From Camelus ferus (lineage: Eukaryota), in contig NC_045697.1 in assembly GCF_009834535.1 (NCBI RefSeq), forward strand, positions 50,470,001 to 50,534,000: 64,000 nt of DNA, read 5' to 3'. Numbering within the stretch: the stretch's first letter is position 1; each line of letters opens with the position of its first letter. The position numbers and the translations under genes were made by a program. The notes beneath the pieces were generated by a model. That model had not been told where the DNA came from. It did not search any database and worked only from the letters and a program-made list of their open reading frames with translations. Below are positions 1 to 11,513 of the stretch, in pieces.

Positions 1-144
1 CCAGACATAACCTTAGTCAAAGCTTTCTTCAGTTTACATCTAGGTCATTACAACACTCCACCAGCTGCTCTCTCTGACTCTGGTCTTTTTCTCTCAATCA
101 GTCTTCTCAAATAATCTCATTTCAATTTTCCTCAAACACCAGTT

Positions 145-280
145 ATATTCAATTTACATTACTGCTGTAACAAATTACCACAAACCTAGTGGCCTAACCA
201 ATAGAATGCATTACCTTACAGTCCTGTAGATCGGAAGTTTGACAGAGGCTTCCCTGGGCTAAAATCAAGGTGTTGGCACT
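145..280 (-). mobile_element. MLT1 (ERVL-MaLR) LTR fragment
   Basis: ctgctgtaacaaattaccacaaacctagtggc...ctgggctaaaatcaaggtgttggca resembles the MLT1 consensus. Confidence 0.75.
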
Positions 281-944
281 GGGTAACATTAAGGTGTTGG
301 CATGTGATGGGTCGATTAACAAAACCTGCATTAAACTAGCCCAGCCCATGCTTATTTTCTTGTTAGGTGCATGGCACTGGAGGCTTATGGGGAATTTTTG
401 GGTGACTTTCTCCAAATATTTCTTTGAATTCAGATAAAATGAATGTAGTACCTGTGTTTGGTTTTATATGATGGCAGTTACCATTAGCTGGTTACCAGAG
501 AGGATTTTTTTTTTAAGATTCATGTTTTATGTCTCCCTCTTTATGAATCCATGGTGGAGGCTATTAAACAGCACTTATGTTTTATAATATCTTGTGACCA
601 TTTAGGGAGAGATATGTTCTAGAATTGACCAAAGTGAAATTCAGTGCCTACAATATCCTCTTCTTTAAAAATTGCAATATCCTATCTAACTCTGGTTTTC
701 TGGATTTTTTTTTCTTTCTGCATAATGTATTCAAAATGACTGATTCCATTGTTGTTGTAAAAAGTTTAAGGTAAATCCTCTCTGAAATCTCTTGAAAGTG
801 AGCCATTTCAGCACCTTCCAGAAGACCAGGTTTTTGGCCTTGAGATACAAGAAGGATGAAGTTGAATTTAACTGAGTGGGAACGTTGTAGAAGGAACACA
901 TTTTGAGGGGAATAAAAGTTTTTGAACATGTTACCTTTTAATGT

Positions 945-1245
945 CCAGTGGCTATCCAAGTGGAGATATTAGATGGGTAGATGGATAATGAATTTGGGAC
1001 TCAGGAAAAACATTAAGGCTAGGACTGATCAGTATACTGATGACAATTAAAGGCATAAGACTGTGTGGAATAGACAGTGGCTGTAGAGCACAAAATTTCC
1101 AAGACTGAGATCTGGGGGCCCTCTAGCATTTACAAATCAGGCGTGGGAATGGAAGATATTAAGGAAGATCCAGCATGCAACTGAAAACAGGTGAAAAACC
1201 AGATGAGTGTGGCATCCTGGAAGCCAAGAGGCTAAAGTGTTTTAA
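945..1245 (-). mobile_element. L2 LINE fragment
   Basis: Purine-rich degenerate L2 motifs, e.g. atccaagtggagatattagatgggtag and gagtgtggcatcctggaagccaagag. Confidence 0.65.
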
Positions 1246-2014
1246 GACGTTTTTTTCTTAATTAACCCTTTGGGTTCTCAGACATGGAACAGAGTCAATC
1301 TGATGGTTCTGTGAGATCCCAAGAATTTCATTTTACAAGAATTTCTGTTTCTTCCCCACAAAATTCTAAACTAAATCTCAGACTAATTCCTCATGATGGT
1401 TTGTTCTGCTGCCTCTGACATGGCCAGAGCTGTGGTAGAACTGGGGATGGGAAGACCTTGTTTCTCATGCCAGGTTCATCTCTTACTACCACTGTGACCC
1501 TGGACAAATTAGTTTACCTCCACAGAAAATGGTCATGGCTCTGCCTCCCTGCGCTACCCACAGGCTAATGAAGTGGACCAGGGAACTAATAAACGGGCAT
1601 AGCACCCTACAGATTGTTGAAGCACGAACCTCGGAAGCCATTGCTCTGACAGAGGTTCAGAGGACCGTTTCCTGTTCTGAAGGCTTGGGAAAGCCAAGCC
1701 TCTTGGTTGGCAGATGCTGAGGGAATCACAGGACATTCTTCTGGCTGATGCGTCCTTTCAAAAGTTATTTCTCTGTGGGACAGCTATTCATTTTAGAAAT
1801 ACTTTTAAAAAATACCCTTTAAAATATTCTTCTAAAAAATACTAACCCCTACATGATTAATGTAGTTCCTTATATTTCAAAGAAATTCATCACTATGGTA
1901 GGCTACAAAATATGATAAATTTATATAATGCTTTCTGAAACTAAAGCCATATGTCTTTATATTTAAACATATTGTAGACCTGTCACTGCTTTGAAATCCT
2001 TTAATGTAATATGG

Positions 2015-2090
2015 AAAAAAGAAAGAAAAAAAAAAGAGACCATATTTATCAGTGACATTTTTAATGCAAGGTGTTTAATGCATTTTTATT
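2015..2090 (-). terminator. Likely distal EREG polyadenylation site
   Basis: Minus strand: AATAAA (2090-2085), two ATTAAA (2079-2074, 2065-2060), then a U-rich downstream tract (2035-2015). Confidence 0.65.
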
Positions 2091-5000
2091 TTTCAATTGT
2101 GTTTTTTTTCCAGTTTCCAACAAAAATAAATAAAAATTAATAATATATTATAAGTATCTATATTCTCCTTCAATATCTTAAGGTACACAATTATCAAAGC
2201 TGATATTGAACACAAACAAATTGATACAATTCAGTACTCTCATAAAATTCACTGTCAAATAAGTTACTTTAAACTGTATGCAATACAACTTTATGTTCCA
2301 TAGCATCTTTAATATAAGCTGTATACCAAAATGGCTCTTCAGACTTGAAAAGTGCAATTACAGAGTGCAAAGAAAGCAGTGAGAAATTCACTGTCTTACA
2401 TTTAATATCATCCAATTTGAATAACATATATTTTGGATAAATTTATTCTTCAGTTAAAAGATTAAACTGTATTCCAGCAACACTGCTCATACAAATTGTT
2501 ACTCCCCCTTTGCCCAGATGAATAAGAGTAGAAAAAAATTAGAAAATATCGAAATATTGGGCAGCCAATTAAACACATTTTCCCCTAAATGTCTACAGAA
2601 TGAATATTGCAGCAAAAATGGCAAGGTGGGTCAGACAAGAGTTTTTAAAAACTATGCTATTAAATTCAACAGAAATTAGAAACTAGTATGTATTTGCTAC
2701 ATAAAAATTGATTAATTTGTTATCTCATGGCAGTTGAATTTAGTTAACTCTCTTCTCAGACTCAAAAATAAAAATCTGTCATACTAGTGCACTATTTCTC
2801 CACTTGCTTTGACTTTGGCAAATATAAGAGTAAAAGAATGTCCAAAAGAACAGTAGCATTTGATTGTATTTTTAATATTTAATATATTACACAAATTTTA
2901 ACTGTGAGGTTGAATCTTGTACCAATCATAGAACTTTATGTCTCTGGTTATAGAGTACGTCAACTGGGTTACTGTGTGGCCTCGGTGGAAAGCCACAAAT
3001 TATGCATTTATGCATTGGATTTGCATTTGTTCTCATGGCGCCTTCTGCAAATACATATAGTGAGAAATATGTAGAATAAGGAAGAGAGACTAAATGTGAG
3101 CCAAAATTTTTCCACTGTTTGTAGGAAACATGAGCTGATAGCAATCATTTTTCAAGTTTGCTCAACATTGTCCTCATTAACACAATGATTTTTTTTTCAT
3201 CCATTAAAGAGTTCTGTGTCAAACCTTTTTATCATTTAATATGCGTTTATAAGAAAAAATTTAACTTTTGCAGGGGTTAGTTTTTTAAGCATTCTTAAAG
3301 AAGGGTTAAAAAACACCCCAAAATACTACTTAAAATTAATTACGTAGTATGAACTGAGATGCTTAAGATAAACCAATATGACTCTCTTTTTGTAATAAAA
3401 TAAATAGATTGTAGTTAAATTCTTGGTTCGTCAAGAAATTTTCTTTGACGCAATCAAAATTACTCAAAATAAGCAAACCTCCTTTACATGCAGTAGACGT
3501 CAATAAGTGTGTGCAGGATTTAAGCTGTATTAGTGAGAAACAGAAAAATCCTTTTAGATCTTACTGAATTTTATTTAATTTCTCTTTATCTTGTTTTTAA
3601 GTTTTATATATTGTTGATAGAGCAACAAATGATGGTTTTATCTGTTTGTTCTCCTCACAGTGAGGGCCAGACCCAGGACTTTGGATGACAGTCACATGAA
3701 TGCACCAGGGTATATAAGGCAGGAATACGTATGGAGGCAAATCCTGGCACCTGGCACTTCAGAAGTCAGCCATCACTTATTTCCTCTTTGTTGCCCTAGC
3801 ATATTCCAAGGAAAAAGGTGAAAGAAGAGATCCTCCCTGACCAGGTATGGGATCCTGAAACATTGTCCCCAAAGGTCCAGCATTCAATAACACAGTCTCC
3901 CAGGAGACTGCAGGTGGTGACAGCTGTGCCTCCTTATGTGGTTGTGCCAAGTACCCTTATGAACTCACTGAGACCATGGGCTCAAAGCATAGGAGAAATC
4001 TTAGTCTCTTTCAAAAAAATAAAAGACAAACAACAGGACCCTGGTTTCATCTCAGCCTCCATAGGAAGGTGTGGTTAAGTCTCCACATTTTAAAAGTTTT
4101 CAAATGAATGTATTCATTTGGAAAAATACACTAGGATATTTTTCGTATTTTCCCCACTTCTTTGATCAGGATGTAATTTTAAATATATCATTTTACTTAC
4201 TGCATTGTTTTAAGTTTAAACTCTCTTGAATAGAAAATGAAATAACTGTATTTCCAACTTTAGACAATATATAGTACTACTGTCTTACGTGCTTAAAATA
4301 ATAATTAAAATAATATCAGTCCATCAGATCTTGGACTATGATTTAATCTTAGAATTCTTCAGCAAAGTCCCTGTAGAAATAGTCTTAAACAGAAGCACGG
4401 ATTTTGGCTTCATGTGTGAATTATTTTTTTGTCTCATGAGCAACAGTTACCTCACATAAATGCTGTACTAAAAAAAAAAAAAAACAAACTGTGAAGCTAT
4501 AAAATACTATTTACATAAAAGATGGTATAAAATAATGTTCCCAGTCCATTTTCTTATGGAGAATCTGCTACATGGTTGACGAGCATCTTAGGAGTTGTGG
4601 GTTAGAATAGAGAACTGTCCACTTTCCCTCCAGGTGAATAAAGAGCGAGTTACAGCTAAAGATACAGGTGGAGGGGGGATAGCCTCCTGGGTTTAGTTTG
4701 TTTCCAGTGTGTAGCATGTAGCACACGATCTATATTTGCTTCTCCCCAGTTCCCACAGCATTACCGTTTTAATACATGCCCCAGTGGTGCCAACTTTTAC
4801 ATCAAACTATGATATAGTCAAAACAATTATCATTGATTTGAGGAGCAGAAAAATATACTTATTAAATTGATTTGACCGTATATCTAGGCTTACAGAAATC
4901 TGTCATTTGCTGATACTTCTTAACAATGAACGGGGCATCACCTTCTCCTGAGTTTTACGCAGCCAGTAAATATGCTTTGAAGCTTTCAGTAAAGCATTTA

Positions 5001-5245
5001 GCCCAGGAAATAACTTTTTTTTACAAAAATAACCATTTTCTTTCTACATTAAATATTGTGTATACATTATACATTAGCAAATAGTCTGTCAAAAATAAAA
5101 CAAAAATAAAAACTTTTCTTAGTATATTAAAAATACATCATTGTTGACTTAACACATGACCCCACATAAATATTATTAATAAAATAGGAATATTAACATA
5201 ATTAGCCATGCAGTGCATCCCTGCTCAGAAGCTTAATGGCACCAT
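2040..5245 (-). other. EREG: EREG long AU-rich 3' UTR (~3.2 kb; end approximate)
   Basis: AT-rich, repeat-poor stretch from the stop codon to the polyadenylation-signal cluster; several AUUUA motifs and a UUAUUUAUU nonamer at 2133-2125. EREG mRNA is known to have a long 3' UTR. Confidence 0.65.
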
Positions 5246-5327
5246 TCAGACTTGTGGCAACGTCGGGTCCCCTGAGGTCACTCTTTCATATTCCTTCTTT
5301 GGTTCTTTGCCTTTTCGATTTCTATAA
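5246..5327 (-). CDS. EREG: Epiregulin exon 5 coding part (cytoplasmic tail YRNRKGKEPKKEYERVTSGDPTLPQV-stop)
   Basis: tttctag|TTATAGAAATCG...CAAGTCTGA; total CDS 52+87+124+150+82 = 495 nt = 164 aa plus stop. Confidence 0.97.
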
Positions 5328-5639
5328 CTAGAAATATTCAGAAATGAAGCTGTTAGCACTGTAGTTCACCGTAATAAGAACAAAGTATGTTAACGAAACA
5401 AATATATGCACTCGAAAGGTACATTAGCATAGCGTTTCCAAAATGACAGAGGTGAATAGGTTTAGGCTGGACACGAGAGAAAAAGAGGGGAGGAGGGGTT
5501 AGTATTTATGGACAAACAATTTTGGGAGGAAATGGTGAAATGCAGTTAAAGGACTTCTCAGAGGCTTTCACATTAGATGATGAAATTGTAAAATTTCAGG
5601 AAAGCGTGTGACCACATTAAATCCTCGGCTGTTTTAGCT

Positions 5640-5765
5640 TTTTTTCTTTTTCTGTCTTCCCTTCTCTTTCTTTCTTTCTTTCATTCTTTCTTCCTTCCTT
5701 CATTTCTTTTCTTCCTTCCTTCCTTCTTTCCTTCCTTCCTTTCCTTTCCTTCCTTCCTTCTTTCC
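5640..5765 (+). repeat. (TTTC)n/(TTCC)n pyrimidine-rich microsatellite in EREG intron 4
   Basis: Direct inspection. Confidence 0.9.
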
Positions 5766-7207
5766 TATATTATTAAAGTACACATATTCTGAATATCACA
5801 CTACATTATTACATTCTACCCATCACAATGATGTCACTCATTAGGTGACTGACAATGTTCCAAGTGCTTTATGGTCATTATTTATTTTATCCTCACATTT
5901 ATCATTATCATCTTCATTTTACAGACAAAGAAAGTGAAGTAAAAATGGGTTACATAACCTAGCCAAGTTCTTCCATCTAGGATTCATATATTTATCATGA
6001 TTCAGAATCTTCATTTACTCAATCATTAAAGCTATCTTCCTAATATTCTGAGTTCATTTTCTACCCATTTTGGAGATAAAGCTTGTAGCCCTGAGGAAAC
6101 TGCATAATGTTTTTGCTTCATAGAAGAATAAGATTAGAAAGTTTTTATTTAGGCTCAGTTCTGCCACTTATCAGCTAAATGAGCTGGACCATACAAATTG
6201 ACCTCTCTGGGTCTTATTTTCCCCCCTTTATAAAGAAAAGGATTGTAATCAAAGACCTTTCAAGTGTATTTCAGTTTTGATAATATGCAGTTCTGTGACT
6301 ATAACTAATTTAAAAAGGCATTATCATTTGATGAATACTTAGAATCAAACATGGGCAAAATAAATTTAATCTTGTAGTAACAGCACACTTTCAGGCTTTC
6401 AAAGTAAAGATGCATTACTTTCAGCAAAAAATAAAATAAAATTCACTCAAACCTACCCTAAAACATTTGTGTCAGTTCCAAAATAAGAAGGATTTCATGG
6501 AGACATTTTACAGGCAGTTATTATTAATTAAGTCACACTGTTCCCAAATCCTGGTCCTAATCCTAAAAAACTGACAATCCGATGGACTGTCGGTATTTCA
6601 GTGCCCACTCTATATTCTATCAGTTATCAGCATATGTCAGTACAATATTGTACCTGAAGATGGAGTGATGAAGATGGAGGTTCTGGGGACTGACACAAAC
6701 CAGTTTTTAAAATTAAACTTTTATAATTACCTGGAAACTCATTTCTACTAGTCTGCCTTAAATTTCAAAATCTTAAGCCTCGGGGTTATTGATTTATAAA
6801 ACGTGTTTTATGAAATACAAAATTTGACCTACTAAATTAAATACAAGTGACTAAGTTTAACATTGGCATGGTGCCTTACAGTTTACTTTCACATGTGTTA
6901 TATTCAATACTGAAAGCAGTTCTGTCATTAAGGATAAGGATTTCCATCTGTATTTTGTAGAGAAAGGAATTGATTCTCCCAGTTTGACTTGCATAAAGTC
7001 ACAGAGATAATAAATAACAGAGCCAATAATATAGTCAAATCCAGACATTCGGCTGCTAAAACTTCTTTACAAATATCATCAGTGCAGAGTCTGTCTTACC
7101 CCACTAAATAATGCTTTGCCATATTTTTATCAAATTTGTAATGTATTGTATAAATGTAATTTACAAAAGTAGAACGTTAAAAAAAAAAAAAGAAAATGCT
7201 GGCTTAC

Positions 7208-7357
7208 CATCTGCAGAAATAATATATGGAACCAGCGACTAAGACGAGGAACAAGATAACAAGAATCACACTCAAAGCCACATATTCTTTGCTCAGAGGT
7301 TGTTGGACGGTTAAAAAGAAGTGTTCGCATCGGACACCGGTGTAACCCACTTCACAC
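7208..7357 (-). CDS. EREG: Epiregulin exon 4 (CEVGYTGVRCEHFFL...transmembrane helix...YYFCR), 150 bp
   Basis: cctttag|GTGTGAAG...TGCAGATG|gtaagc; GYTGVRC EGF C-loop followed by the hydrophobic stretch VALSVILVILFLVLVAGSI. Confidence 0.98.
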
Positions 7358-7985
7358 CTAAAGGAAAATGCACAGAAAGATCAGTTATTTAAAAAAGAAA
7401 TCAAGGTTCTGAATTAGTTTGGTAAGAGCTAAGAGCTAATCTCACACTATCATGCAAGGTTTGCCAAAAGTTGTAAAGATGAATTCAAAGGCTGACCTTA
7501 AACCTGGGCCAGCTTTGATAAAAGAGCCCCACATAGCCCTCAAGCTCAGTTGTGGTATTAAAACGATAGTCTGATTCAGCTGCTGAGGTGGCTGAAAACG
7601 GTGCCTTTTAAGTTTTGTAGGTTTGAGGTGCTTTTCGTATAAATCAGTGGAATCAATTCTTATAACAGTGGCTGGCACGTAAGTCCAGAGAAAAGATTAA
7701 AAGCTGAGCTGCTACTGTGGCAAGTGTGAGAGGAAGGCACCGGAAGCCCTCCCCATTCTGCACCCCCAAAGAATCTCTACAATTTGATAATTACTGTTGG
7801 TTCTACTATTTGTTCCCTAGTTTAAAAAAAAAATCACTTAATAAAGTTTTTAATAGTACATATAAACGGCATGCCAATAGTACATATAAGTTGTAGCCCA
7901 TGAAAATAATAGAGTAACTTAAAAAAAATAGAGAAATATAGGTTTTTTAAAAATTGCTTCTGTTTGTTTGTATTTGGCATATTAC

Positions 7986-8109
7986 CTGCAGTAATTTTCA
8001 CTCATGTCTACCAGGTAGATGCACTGTCCATGCAAACAGTAGCCATTCATATCAGAGCTACATTTTGTGATTGACACCTGAGCCACACGTGGATTGTCCT
8101 CTGTCTGAA
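7986..8109 (-). CDS. EREG: Epiregulin exon 3 (VQTEDNPRVAQVSITKCSSDMNGYCLHGQCIYLVDMSENYCR), 124 bp, N-terminal part of the EGF domain
   Basis: ttttacag|TTCAGACA...TACTGCAG|gtaat; first four EGF-domain cysteines with epiregulin-specific sequence. Confidence 0.98.
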
Positions 8110-8140
8110 CTGTAAAAGAAATGGAAAGTTAAGTAAGTTC

Positions 8141-9037
8141 TGTTGCTTTCTTTTTTTTTATATGAATATATATAAATTTATTTAATGTGAAGAAAAAAAT
8201 TACAGTAATAGTAATAGTTTCATTATATGTTTTTACTATTCTGATTATGAATTTCATTAACAAATGTTCTTGAAACATATCCTGATGCACTTATCAGCTC
8301 TTTTGATAGGTCATTTTTTATTTTTATTTTTATTTTTTTTAATTTAGTTATAGTCATTTTACAATGTTGTGTCAAATTCCAGTGTAGAGCACAATTTTTC
8401 AGTTATACATGAACATACATATATTCATTGTCACATTTTTTTTCGCTGTGAGCTACCACAGATCTTGTATATATTTCCCTGTGCTATGCAGTATAATCTT
8501 GTTTATCTATTCTACATTTTGAAATCCTAGTCTGTCCCTTCCCACCCTCCACCCCCTTGGCAACCACAAGTTTGTATTCTATGTCTATGAGTCTATTTCT
8601 GTTTTGCATTTATGTTTTGGTTTTTTTTTAGATTCCACATATGAGAGATCTCATATAGTATTTTTCTTTCTCTTTCTGGCTTACTTCACTTAGAATGACA
8701 TTCTCCAGGGACATCCATGTTGCTGCAAATGGTGTTGTGTTGTCGGTTTTTATGGCTAAATAGTATTCCATTGTATAAATACATCACATCTTCTTTATCC
8801 AGTCATCTGTTGATGGACATTTAGGCTGTTTCCATGTCTTGGCTATTGTAAATAGTGCTGCTATGAACATTGGGGTGCAGGTGTCATTTTGAAGTAGGGT
8901 TCCTTCTGGATATATGCCCAGGAGTGGGATTCCTGGGTCATACGGTAAGTCTATTCCTAGTCTTTTGAGGAATCTCCATACTGTTTTCCACAATGGCTGC
9001 ACCAAAGTGCATTCCCACCAGCAGTGTTGCTTTCTTT
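8141..9037 (-). mobile_element. Young 5'-truncated L1 (end of ORF2 plus 3' UTR, 8314-9027) with a 3' transduced segment (8160-8313) and 13-bp TSD
   Basis: ORF 8784-9005 gives the L1 ORF2 C-terminus ([12 protein letters not shown]...[12 protein letters not shown]...CTPMFIAALFTIAKTWKQPKCPS). TGTTGCTTTCTTT occurs at 8141-8153 and 9025-9037. Two A-tails are present. Confidence 0.92.
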
Positions 9038-9976
9038 AAAGTAGTAATAACCCTTTCATAATAGTAACCACCAAGCTGCTATAACAAAGCCAGTCAGGTA
9101 TTTTCAGGACTAGGAAGTCACTGTGATTACCAATAAACACACATCTGACCCCCTAAAAACTGTCCAACAGACTAAACAAAACAATATAAAACCTGGGGAT
9201 ATAATTCCCAAAAGACAACCTTTAAGGATCGAAAAGGTAAGTTTAAGACATATACACAAAAATCACAGTTATTCACTTATCCAGACAAAGTCAGGGTGAT
9301 TTTTTCAAATCTCAAAATAATCCTGACATTACTCCAAAAGCAATGGCAGGCTGAATCCATTAATTAATTTAAGAAAGCTTAATTCTATAGTGGGTTTTAA
9401 GCCAGCAAAGCTTATCTCTGTGTGCATTCCCAATCTTTTGAGGTTTGGGAAATCAATCAAAGTCTCTCAACATCTCTAAAGATGAGACCTGACGTGAGTT
9501 ACAAACGCCTTGGCTACATAAATACAGCAATAAAAGCAGGAGCCTCTTTAGAATAATGTTGCAACCTACACATAAAATTCAATTTAGAATGTTTTAGATA
9601 TTAAAATGTGAAATATGCTTGTGAAACAGTCACACAAAACATCTTGAACAAAGCATCTCGAATGTAATACTCTTGTTTAAATAACCAAAAAAAGGAAGGG
9701 AGGAAGACCAAACCTCTAGAGAGTGCTGATTTTCTTTGTTCCTTACTTCTTTAAAATCAAATCTTTATATATAACTAGAAGTTCAGTCCTTCTGCCTCTG
9801 GTTATTCCTTTATATAATTTTTTCAGATCACTAGTTCGTTGGAGGGGGGACGTTTTAACAATTCTTCTGTTATCCCCTCCTTTTTTCCCCGCTATCATGT
9901 ATTTATAGTCTTTGAGTTTACATTTCTGCTAAGAACGTGTAATTCTTTGATGCAACACCGACAAATCTGGGCTTAC

Positions 9977-10063
9977 CTAAAGCTGTGCAGTTATCTTTGG
10001 ACTCTCCTGGGATACATGAAGGAATCACTGTTGTACTGAGCACTGCTTGTAGAAGGTGGAAAC
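9977..10063 (-). CDS. EREG: Epiregulin exon 2 (FHLLQAVLSTTVIPSCIPGESKDNCTAL), 87 bp
   Basis: aaatag|GTTTCCACC...GCTTTAG|gtaagc; translation matches the epiregulin signal/propeptide including the NCT sequon. Confidence 0.97.
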
Positions 10064-10938
10064 CTATTTATGGAGGAAAATCAAATATATAAATAATGCT
10101 TCAAAGAAAGAAATCCTGATCAGATTTCTACATAATTACAGTATTTATAAAGTTCTTTTAATTAAATCATAAATTTGGCCCATCAAAACCGTAAAAGAAA
10201 ATAATTCATGGAAATAGGCATATAATTGAAAATAAATGAATCCCTCGCTCCTCTGTCTGTGGGTAAAAGCCCTGGCATTGTATTCAGAGTTATAGATTGG
10301 ACTTGCTCTAAATATTTCACAGTAACCTTTTCAAAGACCTGATTTTGAAGTTTGATTTCTTAAGAAGCTTAGCAATTGGAAAATTGGAAAATTTCCACTG
10401 TTTGACCCATGACGTGTTCAGAGCAATGCTCCAAGCCAGAATCTATCACAAAAGAAGCCTTCAAATTAAAAAATCAGCTTCTATGTATGGTAACAACAAA
10501 ACGGAACTCTCAACCTAAGATAAATTAGTTGTTCCTTTAAGCACCTAAGTTACTCTTTGCATTCCACATGAAAGTAGCTTTTAATTAATAAAATGTAATC
10601 TAAAGTCAGAACATATCTCATCTAACACGGGAATGAACACACGTGCTGGATGGACCACACTGAGCCCTAGAATCCACCCCTAGAATCCGGTCAGCCCAGG
10701 AAGAGGTTAAACAAAGCCTTGTCATCATCTGTCTCCCCTGAAAAGACAAATGTTGGAAAACAGGCACCAGAATGACTCAAGTGGTTTCTGAATTGCATAG
10801 AAAGTATAAGAAGAATCCTTTTAATTGCACGGATGTTTACTGAAGAGAGTTTGGCCTCTTCTTCTTAAAAGTCATCTATTTGCTCTTCAGTCACTCTTTC
10901 CAGGCTCTGTGAGTAACCGCTGTATAATAAACATTATC

Positions 10939-10968
10939 GGTGGTGGTGGTGGTGGTGGTGGTGGTGGT
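10939..10968 (+). repeat. (GGT)10 trinucleotide microsatellite
   Basis: Direct inspection. Confidence 0.95.
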
Positions 10969-11492
10969 AGTTGGCAGCCGTTCGCATTTCTTGAACATGC
11001 ACTACATGAAGGCATGGTTCTACCCTCCTTACCAATATTGTCCCATTTAATCCACTCACTCACTCTTTGAAGAAGACACAACTGTTCTCCCCATTAGACA
11101 TATGAGAAAACTGAGACATAAAGAGTTTAAGTATCTTTCCCAAGAGTACACAGCCATGTCTTTAATGGGCCACATTATAGATTTGGAAACAGGCAATAAT
11201 ACTAGAGTCTAATGGGCTTGGACATCACAGGGAACAAACGTGGATAAATGTAATTGAAGCAGATTATTTAACCCCATAAGGAGGCAACAAAACATGGTGG
11301 AAAGGCAATCCTGGGAGAAAACTCAGGCTATGTAACTTTGGATAAATTAATTAACTTCTCCAGATCTTAATTTTCCCTACTTTATAGAGTTTTGGGGAGA
11401 ATTAAGTGAAATGATATTTTTCTGAAACGTTCAACATACCAGAGACTTGATGAATGCTCCATGACACTCAACATCCAGCAGCAGTATATGTG

Positions 11493-11513
11493 GGTAGTGC
11501 CCTCTGCTGGTCT
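11493..11513 (-). promoter_or_regulatory. Candidate CTCF site in EREG intron 1
   Basis: Minus strand GACCAGCAGAGGGCACTA matches the CTCF core CCASYAGRKGGCRS. Confidence 0.6.

Noticed and set aside
267..302. 12-bp direct repeat AAGGTGTTGGCA with a short spacer
   Set aside because: Two copies only, at the edge of an MLT1 fragment; a small local duplication, not an array.
1262..3309. TTAACCCTT ... AAGGGTTAA, resembling piggyBac ends with TTAA target sites
   Set aside because: The inverted match is only 9 bp, there is no transposase or MER75/MER85-like interior, and the span covers the likely EREG 3' end; most likely chance.
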